Assembly: GCA_030167865.1 (NCBI GenBank)
Contig: JALAGF010006097.1
Span: forward strand, 45,665-65,664
Reading direction: 5' to 3'
Length of the DNA stretch: 20,000 nt
DNA from: Craspedostauros australis
Lineage: Eukaryota
The notes beneath the pieces were generated by a model, which ran no database searches, had not been told where the DNA came from, and saw nothing but the letters and a program-made list of their open reading frames with translations. The translations under genes and the position numbers were made by a program. Numbering within the stretch: the stretch's first letter is position 1; each line of letters starts with the position of its first letter. Positions 1 through 8,943 of this stretch are shown here, piece by piece.

Positions 1-1701
1 TCCGCTACTGCGTGGACGGCCGATCCTGACACCGGCGTCATCTCATCCAAACACAGCGACATGCCACAGTTCCAAACGGTCATCGGATTGGAGATCCACG
101 CGCAGCTCAAGATCGCGACGAAGCTCTTTTCCGATTCGCGCATTCCCGCCAAGTCCTCCTTGACGCAGGCTCCCAACTCGTCCATCTCGCCCTTCGATCT
201 GGGCGTGCCTGGATACTTGCCGAGGCTGTCGCAGGAGGCGGTCCAAAAAGCGGTTCTCACGGCGGCGGCGACGAAGTGCGACATCCCGCATGTCTCCAGA
301 TTTGAGCGCAAACATTACTTCTACGCGGATCTGCCGCTGGGGTATCAGGTGACGCAGCAAAGATGGCCGCTGGCCAAGGATGGCGAATTGGTCTGTCAGA
401 TGAAGCAAGCGGGCGGAAAGAACAAGAACAACAAACAGAAGAACAACAACAATCAGCAGGACAGCTTCCGCGTCGGAATCGAACGGATACAGATCGAGCA
501 GGATACGGGCAAGACCACATCATCAACATCTGCGAGCCAAGGTCAGACAGAATCGCTTGTGGATTTCAATCGAGCAGGATCGGCGTTGATCGAAATCGTC
601 TTCCGACCAGATCTGCGATCGGCCAACGCGGCTGCCGCGACGGTCGAAACCTTGCGAGATCTGCTCGTGCACATCGGAACGTGCGATGGCAAGATGGAGG
701 AAGGATCGTTGCGATGTGATCTCAACGTTTCCATCGCGCCGGTACATGACGATGATACCGAGATTCTGCTGCAACGCACGGGCAATCGTGTCGAAGTCAA
801 GAATCTCAATTCCTTGCGACAGATCGTGCAGGCCGCGCAGTTTGAAGGCAAGCGGCAGGCGCAGGCATATGTCAACGACGAGCCGACGTCGCAAGAAACC
901 AGGACGTTCGATGTGCGCAAGGCCGAGACGGTCGTGATTCGCAGCAAGGAAGGTGCAAAGGATTATCGATTCATGCCGGAACCCGATATTCCGCCCATAG
1001 TGTTGGATGAGGACATGTTTGATGGTCTCCAGCTGCAAGACTATGTCAACACCACACTGCCAGAGCTACCGGAAGACGCCAGGAATAGACTCGTATCCAC
1101 CTACGGTCTATCAGAGTATCTCGCAACTGTGATCACCGGCGACCCACCGGCCATCGCGCTATTCGATGAGGCAGTTGCCAGGGCGGCCGACGCGTTGCCG
1201 GATGTGACGAGCAAGAAAGTTGCCAGCACCGTGGCAAATTTCCTGTGCAACGAGCTCTTCTCGTTGATCCGAGAAACGCAGATGCGGCAGATGCACGACG
1301 GCACGCAAGGCGTGGGTCCCTACTCCTTGGTCAGCGGCGAGCAGCTGGGACAGCTTTCCGTTCTCTTTCTGCAGAACTCCATCTCCAACACAATGGCGAA
1401 GCACATCATCCATCTCATGTACGAGAAGGAGCATGATCAGATGCCATCAGCGGTCGCCGACAAGTACGGATACAGGCTCATCACGGATGAGGAGGAATTG
1501 CGAACATTCTGCCGCGCGGTAATTGATGCGAATCCAGATGAGCTGGATCGATACAAGATGGGCGGTAAGTTCGCACGGAAGATCACCAAGTTCTACCAGG
1601 GCAAGTCCATGGCGCTGAGTCGAGGCACCGCGCAGCCGGAGCGATTGAATGAGATTCTGCTGGAAGTTCTGGAAGAAGTCGCGCCTGGAGTGGAGCAGTA
1701 G
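1..1701 (+). CDS. gatB: Glu-tRNA(Gln)/Asp-tRNA(Asn) amidotransferase subunit B, organellar (probably mitochondrial PET112-type); 5'-partial
   Basis: GatB motifs in order: GLEIHAQL..KLFS, FERKHYFYADLPLGYQVTQ, IERIQIEQDTGK, DFNRAG..LIEIV, MEEGSLRCDLNVS, VEVKNLNS, QETR, RSKE...DYRFMPEPDIP, then a C-terminal Yqey-like helical region. Frame 1 is open from base 1 (SATAWTADPDTGVISSKHSD-M), so the true start and transit peptide probably lie upstream of the window. Stop TAG at 1699-1701. Confidence 0.96.
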   Translation, partial: SATAWTADPDTGVISSKHSDMPQFQTVIGLEIHAQLKIATKLFSDSRIPAKSSLTQAPNSSISPFDLGVPGYLPRLSQEAVQKAVLTAAATKCDIPHVSRFERKHYFYADLPLGYQVTQQRWPLAKDGELVCQMKQAGGKNKNNKQKNNNNQQDSFRVGIERIQIEQDTGKTTSSTSASQGQTESLVDFNRAGSALIEIVFRPDLRSANAAAATVETLRDLLVHIGTCDGKMEEGSLRCDLNVSIAPVHDDDTEILLQRTGNRVEVKNLNSLRQIVQAAQFEGKRQAQAYVNDEPTSQETRTFDVRKAETVVIRSKEGAKDYRFMPEPDIPPIVLDEDMFDGLQLQDYVNTTLPELPEDARNRLVSTYGLSEYLATVITGDPPAIALFDEAVARAADALPDVTSKKVASTVANFLCNELFSLIRETQMRQMHDGTQGVGPYSLVSGEQLGQLSVLFLQNSISNTMAKHIIHLMYEKEHDQMPSAVADKYGYRLITDEEELRTFCRAVIDANPDELDRYKMGGKFARKITKFYQGKSMALSRGTAQPERLNEILLEVLEEVAPGVEQ

Positions 1702-1777
1702 GTATGGTATACAAACAATTCCGGTCTATGATGCGCATTGTCATGTACACACTGTGCACCATGTACTAATGGATAAT

Positions 1778-4700
1778 CTAGATGTAATCACCATCCCGGA
1801 CGGTGGACTGATCGCCGTCTTGGACTACCATGGCAGCCGACGACTCTGCATGCTGGCTCCCACTCAAGACTGCTTGCGGCTTTTTCTTCTTTTTCTTTTT
1901 CTTCTTCGTCGTCGTCGAACTGCGTTTCGAGGATACCGATCGTGGGCTGGTGATGGCATCACTTTCGGCTGTGTTTGAGGGGACAGACGATTTGAGGCCG
2001 TGATACGGGCTCTTGTTGAAATGGGCATCCGCATCTGGTCGTGTTGCAGAGGCTCGTCGACCCTGTGGCGATGGCAGCAGTCGCAGGCTTTCATCATCTC
2101 CTCGTTCGCTGCCGTCATTGTTGCTGTGCGACGTTCGTCGTTGTCTTCGTTTGGACGATGCGCTGCTGCTGCGTCTGGAATGCTGCGACGTGCTCACTCT
2201 GCTTTTCTGGGACGGTGTTGGACTCCCCATCAGCATGTTTGTGCTCACTCTACTTTTCTGAGACGGTGTTGGACTCCCCATCGGCACGCTTGCTCTACTT
2301 TTCTGAGATGGTGTCGGGCTTCCCATCAGCATGTTTGTGCTCACTCTGCTTTTCTGATACGGTGTTGGACTCCCCATCGGCACGCTTGCTCTACTTTTCT
2401 GAGATGGTGTCGGACTCCCCATCGGCACGCTTGCTCTGCTTTTGCGGGATGGCGTCGGACTCGCCATGTTTGCGCTCGCTGTGCTCTTGCGAGATGGTGT
2501 AGGGCTACCCATGGGCACGCTTGCTCTACTTTTGCGGGACGGCGTCGGACTGCCCATGTTGGCACTAACTCTGCTTTTGCGAGACGGTGTGGGGCTGCCC
2601 ATCGGAACGCTTGCTCCTCGTTGCTGTGTGTAGCTCGTTCGTTGCGACTTGAAGCTGCCTGCGCGCGCAACGGTCGGTGGTCCCAAGATGTCGCCGAAAT
2701 CGGTATCCTCGGGATTGACCGACGTGGCATCTCTCGATTTGCTGTTCTTGCCCGACGGGATATTCACCAGATCCTGGAAGCAAAAGAAGTAGACGCAGCA
2801 GCAGCAACAGCACGTGCCCATGATGAGCGAGATGATGTAGATGGCCTTGAAGGCATCCGGTGAATCGTCCCAGAACTCACGGACGGGGTTCTTCTCGGTC
2901 TCCTCCTTGACGTAGAATGGATCCATCAAGACTTTGAAGTTCAAGCCGGTCTGCGGCTTGCCAGCGAATGCCAGGTCCGTGACATTGCCTCCACTCTGCA
3001 ACCTGCGTCGCATGGATCGTGTGATGGTGGTGGCCGCCTGTCGCGATGCCGTTCCGAATTGGAGTTCGACGTCGCCCAGGACACTGAGCGTTCCATTCGT
3101 CTTGAAGAGGTTGCGTTGCAGCTTGGCCTTGATGATGCACATGGATGCACCTTGCGTGCAGGACGACAGCGCAAGAATTTCGTCTTCGCCGTCTTCAGGA
3201 AAGATCTGCATTCCGTCCTCGTCGATGAGCTGCTGCGTTTCGGTTTCGGCCTGATCTTTGCGTTCCAACCGAAAATTGGAGATGCCCTTGATGTAGACCG
3301 ACTGATCTCTGGCCTGCTGGTTTGGTTCGATGCAAATTCGAATGACGTCGCCAGTCTTGCGCACCGTGTTGGGGAACGGCGCCGGCAGATTGCGTCCATC
3401 GCACATGAAGGCTCTGGCACCGTACTCTTTGTCGGACGGCTTGACCTTGATTGAGAATGCGAATGCCTTGGTTCCGGCAAACGATCCCGGCACGCGGAAT
3501 TCATTGGATGGATTATCCTGCTGCAATTCCCGTGCCGTTTGTTGCAAGTGCCGATCGCGACGACTGCCGTATGAGTACTGCAGGTAGACGATGCCAATGA
3601 CCTGCACCGTGCCTTCCGCAAAGAAGAATTCGTTGTCCAACGTGGTGGAAACCGCGCACGTGCGCTGTCCTGCCATGCATTCCACGCGCGTCAAGGCGAG
3701 ATTGTTGATGCGGCTGATGGGAACGATGACGTTCTGCGTGTGGGCCTTGTCGCTGTGTCCGTCATCCGCGTTGCGTTCAATATCCATGGCGTAGATGCGG
3801 GCCATGCGCACGTCGTTGTTGAAGGTGTCGATGTCTGGTTGGATGCAGATGCGGACCTTGGAACCTTGCGTTTTGACGGTTTCAGTGATCGGGTTGTTGT
3901 TTTCGTCGCACTCGAATCCCTCCGAAGCAAACGACTCCGATTCATCGTTTTGTCGCAGATCGACGAGGCCGACGTCGGTGAGGACGTTGATGCCAAGGAC
4001 CATGGGATAGATGAGGTTGCGTTGGATGTTGCCCAGCGCATCCTTGAGTCCGAAGTCAACGCAGAAGCTCAGCCGTCCTCTGTTCTTGTCCACCGACTTG
4101 TAAATGAACGAGTTGGGCACCTTGAGGTTGTCAACTGTGAGAATGACATTGAACTAAATACCATGGTAGAGTTGATCAGAGTGTTGAGTGCAGTGTATTG
4201 CATTGCCGTTGCCATATATTGTTGTGTGGTATTATATAATAGAATACATGCAAAGAAGCGGTGGGAGAAGTGATGATGTGAGGCATTCAATTGCACTCAA
4301 TTGCATTCAATAGAGGAATTTCCATGTGTTGTTTGCACCTCGCGAGATGGTGAGGAAGGATGATGCGACGAAGGGCCATGGGAACCTGTTGTCTGCGCAA
4401 TACCAACACAACTACTTCACGAGCACCACAGTTCTCGTCCGCCATCCATGTCATTCACGATCTCTCTCGCTGATACTACGGCACCCATTTTGCACCTCGT
4501 TGGGCCATTTCGTCCACCAACACGCATCTTGCACAGCGTACGCAATCCACAACACTCACCTCCCGCGTACCCGAGCCATCTCCTGCTGCGCCATCCGGCA
4601 CCACATCCACCGTCATGTAATCATTGTCGGCATTCGTAATTGGAAACTCGCATTGGTTGCCGTACATCAATTTGACGACGATGTCCTCCTTCGTGATCTG

Positions 4701-4925
4701 ATCGCGCACGAGGTACGCCATGGAGACTTGCAGCTGGTTGATCTCGAGTTCTGGAGCGCCAATGTCGTACAATCGTTCGGGGCTGACCTGCAGCGTGCGT
4801 TGCAGCATGTCGGAGGGCATCGCATCGTGGTTCGCCATCGCGGACGGCAGCGAGCAGCAGACTGCCGCCCACAGCATCCATGCCGTTGAGATCATCATCG
4901 ATGCGTGCGCTGAGATGAATCTCAT
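1778..4925 (-). CDS. Two-exon type-I membrane protein (~913 aa), complement(join(1778..4153,4560..4925)): signal peptide, N-terminal 2-Cys domain, two four-Cys RxLQ domains, Cys-rich TM helix, repetitive basic cytosolic tail
   Basis: Exon 1 encodes a hydrophobic signal (MMISTAWMLWAAVCCSLPSAMA) and ends GAG|GTGAGT at 4560/4559. Exon 2 starts after ...ctgatc...gtatttag|TTC at 4154/4153. The phase-0 join reads GSGTRE|FNVILTVDNLKVPNSFIY and enters the 780-aa ORF without a stop. TM segment AIYIISLIMGTCCCCCCVYFFCF. Confidence 0.85.
2186..2615 (-). repeat. Coding minisatellite: 9 copies of a 45/51-nt unit encoding M(G/A)SPTP(S/Y)(R/Q)KS(R/T)(A/V)S(VP/AN/TNML)
   Basis: Read directly from the translation and from the DNA (recurring ...tttctgagacggtgttggactcccca... 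on the + strand). End points are approximate. Confidence 0.93.
4154..4559 (-). other. Spliceosomal GT-AG intron (406 nt, phase 0)
   Basis: Consensus donor GTGAGT, AT-rich body, CTGAT branch-like motif and TTTAG acceptor. Splicing joins two coding-like ORFs in frame. Confidence 0.8.
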
Positions 4926-5570
4926 CGTTGTGTCTTAGTGTTGAGCCCGACCGCTCGCTTGTCTGTCGCTGGCTGGTGCTCGATTGTGTGCGAAGCATTC
5001 AAGCGATCGATGAATGCGAGATCTGCTCAAGTTTGTGTTCTGATTGACAGGTGAGGCAGCGGTGTGGGCTTGTATAATGAGTTTTGCCTGTGCGTTGTTA
5101 CAATTTGTGATCGTAGTGTTGGTGTGAGTGTGAGTGCGAGTGCGAGCGTGCGTTGTGACAACATTGCTCTCTCATTTCTGCACGCAGTTTTCGGTTTTGG
5201 ATCACTGTCTTCGTCGTCTTCTGTGTTTGTTTGTCACGACACTCATTTTTTCAGTGACATTGCCGACTTAACGTGTTGAGTCACTAGCCTTTTCTGTTTG
5301 AGCTTCATTGGTCTCCATTCGCCACCGTCATCTTGATTGATATGTCCGATCAATAATTGTTGATTCACATGCGACATGCGTGTGACAACCAAGCTCCGAA
5401 AGCGGGGAAACAGATCAATCAAGAAGAGCGGAAAAGAATGACAGGCTTCGAAACAACATCCGAACGCAAAACCAAACACTCGCTTCACAATGCGAGGTTT
5501 GTTCGACATGAGCACTGTTGCGGTTGCTGTGAATGAAGGCAACACGATTGTGCGGCAACAAGGAGCGCAC

Positions 5571-5661
5571 ACTCTCTCTCTCTCTCTCTCTCTCCATCCG
5601 TCGGTCATTGCCAATAATCATTGCCAATCATCATTGCCAATCACATCACATCACATCACAT
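5571..5661 (+). repeat. (CT)n tract, three 13-bp TCATTGCCAAT(A/C)A units (5605-5643) and (TCACA)n just upstream of the 5684 ATG
   Basis: Visible directly in the sequence. Confidence 0.85.
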
Positions 5662-5683
5662 TCGCCATCTCCGCAGAACAATA

Positions 5684-6802
5684 ATGAGACCGACGTTGAT
5701 TGCTCGTGCGGCTACCGCAGCCACAGCCATCATGGCATGCGCCCCCCTTGCGGTCTCCCTCGATGTCAGCAGCAGCAACCACGATCATGGCGCCATCGCC
5801 AGCATTCAGCACGAATCGCACGATCAGCCGCACCCACGCCACCTCCAATCCTCGTCGCTGGGCGTCGACGCCTTGCTGTACGAATGCGACGCGAACAACG
5901 AGAAGATCGATCCGATCACGCAAAAGTCCGTCGGCGACTACATGAAGTTCTGCATCACGCCCAGCCTCCTCACGAAGAACCGCGACATCTTCGTGCGTTC
6001 CGTCGACACCATGACGCTCATTCGCAACAAGTCGAACTCCAGCGAACGACAGACCCTCGTCGAATCGAAGCAGGAATCGGGCATGACGCTGCTGGCCTGC
6101 GTGCCGGGCAGCGAAGTGTGCACGGTGCAGACGCAGTTGCAAGGGTCGCTCTTTTACGATCCCGAAGATGGGGTCGTGCAGGTCGTTGCCGATATCGCCT
6201 TGCAGTACGGGACGCTCAATACGCTGTGGATCGACAACAACAACGGCCGGAATTTGCAATTGGTCGGCGGCAATGGTCGCTATGCCGGCAGTTCCGAGAT
6301 CGTTCTGTCCTTCGGTGTCAAAAGCGCCAAGGAACCTGCCAGCGAGACGGAGGAACCCGAAGAGGATAACTGGTGGAAGGATAGCCCGGCGTGGCAACGA
6401 TTCCTGCTCATCTTCGCGTCGATCGTCGTGTTTTGCGTCTTCTGCTGTTGCTTCGCAGCCTGCGCATTTTGGTTCCGTGAGGAGGTTCTGTATAAGAATG
6501 AGCATGCCAACAAGCAGAAAGCCATGGACGACCACGACAGCCACAAGGAGGAGGACAGCTTCTTGAATCCCGATCACGTCGATCAATTCGCCGAGGAGGA
6601 ACCCTACGAAGCCGCATCGCAGCGCAATGACGATGACGCGGCCAGCCGGAGCCGTGCAGCCGCTTCGTCGCATGCCTACTCTTGGGATCGACAAGCGCAG
6701 CATGCCGATGCCACGGCGTCTCATGCGTATACCTGGAATGGCAGTCGCGCCCACCACCACGACGATGAGGAGTATAGTCGAGATTCTCGCAGTCGACGAT
6801 GA
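5684..6802 (+). CDS. Type-I membrane protein (372 aa), paralog of the 1778-4925 gene with one four-Cys RxLQ domain
   Basis: ATG at 5684 (the ORF track starts at an upstream TTG). Signal-like MRPTLIARAATAATAIMACAPLAVS, pro-region ending RHLQ, domain YECDANN..FCITP..CVPGSEVC..LQYG..RNLQ..YAG, then WWKDSPAW and TM FLLIFASIVVFCVFCCCFAACAFWF, then an acidic/His-rich tail. Confidence 0.85.
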   Translation: MRPTLIARAATAATAIMACAPLAVSLDVSSSNHDHGAIASIQHESHDQPHPRHLQSSSLGVDALLYECDANNEKIDPITQKSVGDYMKFCITPSLLTKNRDIFVRSVDTMTLIRNKSNSSERQTLVESKQESGMTLLACVPGSEVCTVQTQLQGSLFYDPEDGVVQVVADIALQYGTLNTLWIDNNNGRNLQLVGGNGRYAGSSEIVLSFGVKSAKEPASETEEPEEDNWWKDSPAWQRFLLIFASIVVFCVFCCCFAACAFWFREEVLYKNEHANKQKAMDDHDSHKEEDSFLNPDHVDQFAEEEPYEAASQRNDDDAASRSRAAASSHAYSWDRQAQHADATASHAYTWNGSRAHHHDDEEYSRDSRSRR

Positions 6803-7001
6803 GAGCGGGACGCATGCTCGTAGTTTGGGTGAGAATTGGTGTGAGTACGGTTACGTTAAATTCTGCACTATATGTGGGGTACGTGCTCTGTCTAGCATAA
6901 CAGTATTTGTCTATCTCTAGCATTTTCGTTTTCTATCCCTAGCGATTCTCCAGTAGCCACCATCACAAGTACGCATCCAGCGCGTTTCAGCATACCACTC
7001 C

Positions 7002-7898
7002 TTACGACTCCACCACTTGGAATTCAATTTTGGCTTCGCCTACATCCGGGTATCCATACGCATGGAGCATGTACACGTAATCCTCTTGCGACGTCCACTG
7101 GCATCCCTGCGCGCAATCCAACAGGAAGCATTCCATCACATCGCACCCCATGTCGTCGTCGTCTTTGCGATACCGCATCACCGAAAGCCCGGACCGCGAT
7201 TGTGTCGAGCGCAACGTGAATGCTTTGCCCGTTCCCTGCAGTCGATACCACATGCCGTGTGGCAACACGTCGAATTCGTGACAATCGTTCGTGCTGCCGA
7301 CGTGCGCCTGTGCCAGATTTATGTTCACAGTTTGACGCAGATGCAACGGCATGGCCGTGGCGCATTGCGCGCCCGATGCATGTCTTCGGATATAGTTGAC
7401 GGGCAGGGTCAGATTTGGTGACATCTCCATCTCCATTTGAAAGAGGGTGGAGATGACGAGGATGGCCGTCACCACGAGACACAGAGCGAAGTATTGCATT
7501 CGTCGGTGCAATGTGTCGTTCATCCTCTTGGCGTCTTCGATGTCCATCATCTGTGACATGGCGTCAGCACTGTCGATGGCTGATGGTAGCGTGGCCGTCT
7601 CCATGCTCGATGCGCAGTCCATGTTCATCGCTGCTGTGTCAGAATGATATGGGGTAGTAGCTTGCATTGACGAGGATTGCTGTTTTGTGATGCGATCTGA
7701 ATCGTCTGAAGTGGAGTCGCTTCCTCCTGCGTTGTGCAAAGGGCGTTCACCTTGAGTCGCGATGTGTACAATCCGAGCGGACCTTGGATCGGTGGAGTTG
7801 CTCGTGCCATCCAAGTCAATGCGAACATCGACGCTTCTTGCATCATCGTCTGCGTGGAAGCAGTTGTCATGATCTTGTTGATGTTTCTTCATCGTCAT
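7002..7898 (-). CDS. Putative type-II single-pass membrane protein (~298 aa) with a C-terminal PPC-like (pre-peptidase C-terminal-like) Cys-containing beta domain
   Basis: Likely start MTMKK at 7898, since the upstream part of the 379-aa ORF is low-complexity, UTR-like DNA. Disordered N-terminus, TM YFALCLVVTAILVISTLF, then CATA...GST..C...GMWYRLQGTG...GC..MEC...WTSQEDYVYMLHAYG, a pattern resembling GVWY..GTG / W.S..G..Y.I.V.G PPC-like repeats. The domain name is tentative. Confidence 0.7.
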   Translation of the reverse strand: MTMKKHQQDHDNCFHADDDARSVDVRIDLDGTSNSTDPRSARIVHIATQGERPLHNAGGSDSTSDDSDRITKQQSSSMQATTPYHSDTAAMNMDCASSMETATLPSAIDSADAMSQMMDIEDAKRMNDTLHRRMQYFALCLVVTAILVISTLFQMEMEMSPNLTLPVNYIRRHASGAQCATAMPLHLRQTVNINLAQAHVGSTNDCHEFDVLPHGMWYRLQGTGKAFTLRSTQSRSGLSVMRYRKDDDDMGCDVMECFLLDCAQGCQWTSQEDYVYMLHAYGYPDVGEAKIEFQVVES

Positions 7899-8885
7899 CG
7901 CCTCAGATTTAGTTTGACTGGCGGTGTACGTACGAGTATGGTGCGCACAATAGCTGCTCGTGTGCGTGTTATAATATTGTATAAGATGACACTGACACGA
8001 TGCTTGTATGCTTGTATGCTTGTACGATTCGAGTGAGTGTGGTTGCTCTCCTTGTATTGCTTTGTTCTCCCTTTGTTCTCCCTTCGGAATTGTGAGGTCT
8101 TGGCAAATTCGCACCTGCACCATCCCTTGTCGGCATCGCACACCCAGCCGCCATCAACCATGTGGGCCACGATGCTTGTGCCATGCAAGTACGCGCATCT
8201 TTTCATGGGGGTGGATGCGCTGAAGCTTTCGTTTTCTCGTATCGCGTGAAGCCCCCTTCCTCGTGTGTCTGGCTGTTCATTGACATGTGAGATGCTGTGG
8301 AAGCCTTGTTGACACCAACTTCGGTTGCAACCAACGCGGATGACCGCCAGCCGAAAGCGTTTCTTTTACACTCAAGACTGGTGCCAGTTCCGTCGTATCA
8401 AGCCTATCTGTTTGGTGACTTCGGGCCCCATAGTTCATCAGCTGCGGCAATACTTTGTACCTTTTCTCTCCTGTTGCCGTCCTCTCTCCACTTCTCCGCG
8501 AGGGCGTTTTCGGCGCCAATCGTGGCTGTGCGACACAAAGAAGACTGTGTGGAAGCCGAATGTGTCCTCGCCCCCGAAAGTACGGAAAAGGTGTCAAGCG
8601 TGGCCGCACGCAACCCTCTTTTGGTATCTTTGGTTTCTGTTTCTCTGTTCGTTAAATGCCAATATTTATGTCTGTCAGCTGCACGTATGATCATCGGTTT
8701 ACCAACACCAGACAAATCCACAAGAAAACAAAGAACGAGTGAGGAAAAGAAAAGAAGACACATCAAACATCAAACATCACAAAAAAGGAACACACCCCAC
8801 ACCAACGCGGAACATCAAACTGCCAACAACTGCACACTCGTATAGCAAGACAACATTCGACACTGGGGTAAAGGAGAGGAGAGTG

Positions 8886-8917
8886 CCATTCCATTCCATT
8901 CCATGCCATACCATACC
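8886..8917 (+). repeat. (CCATT/CCATA)n pentanucleotide microsatellite upstream of the RRM gene
   Basis: gccattccattccattccatgccataccatacca. Confidence 0.8.
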
Positions 8918-8943
8918 AAACATACGATTAGCTCGTACACTGC

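Noticed and set aside
409..462. Asn/Lys-rich insertion in GatB as a possible intron or intein
   Set aside because: It is a short, in-frame, AAC-rich low-complexity loop with no splice or intein motifs.
2186..2615. CRISPR-like or non-coding repeat array
   Set aside because: Unit lengths are multiples of 3, the array lies in frame within a long ORF, and there are no unique spacers.
4135..4137. Alternative intron acceptor (ctcacag) for the large membrane protein
   Set aside because: It is out of phase with the GAG|GTGAGT donor, whereas the acceptor at 4154 gives an in-frame join.
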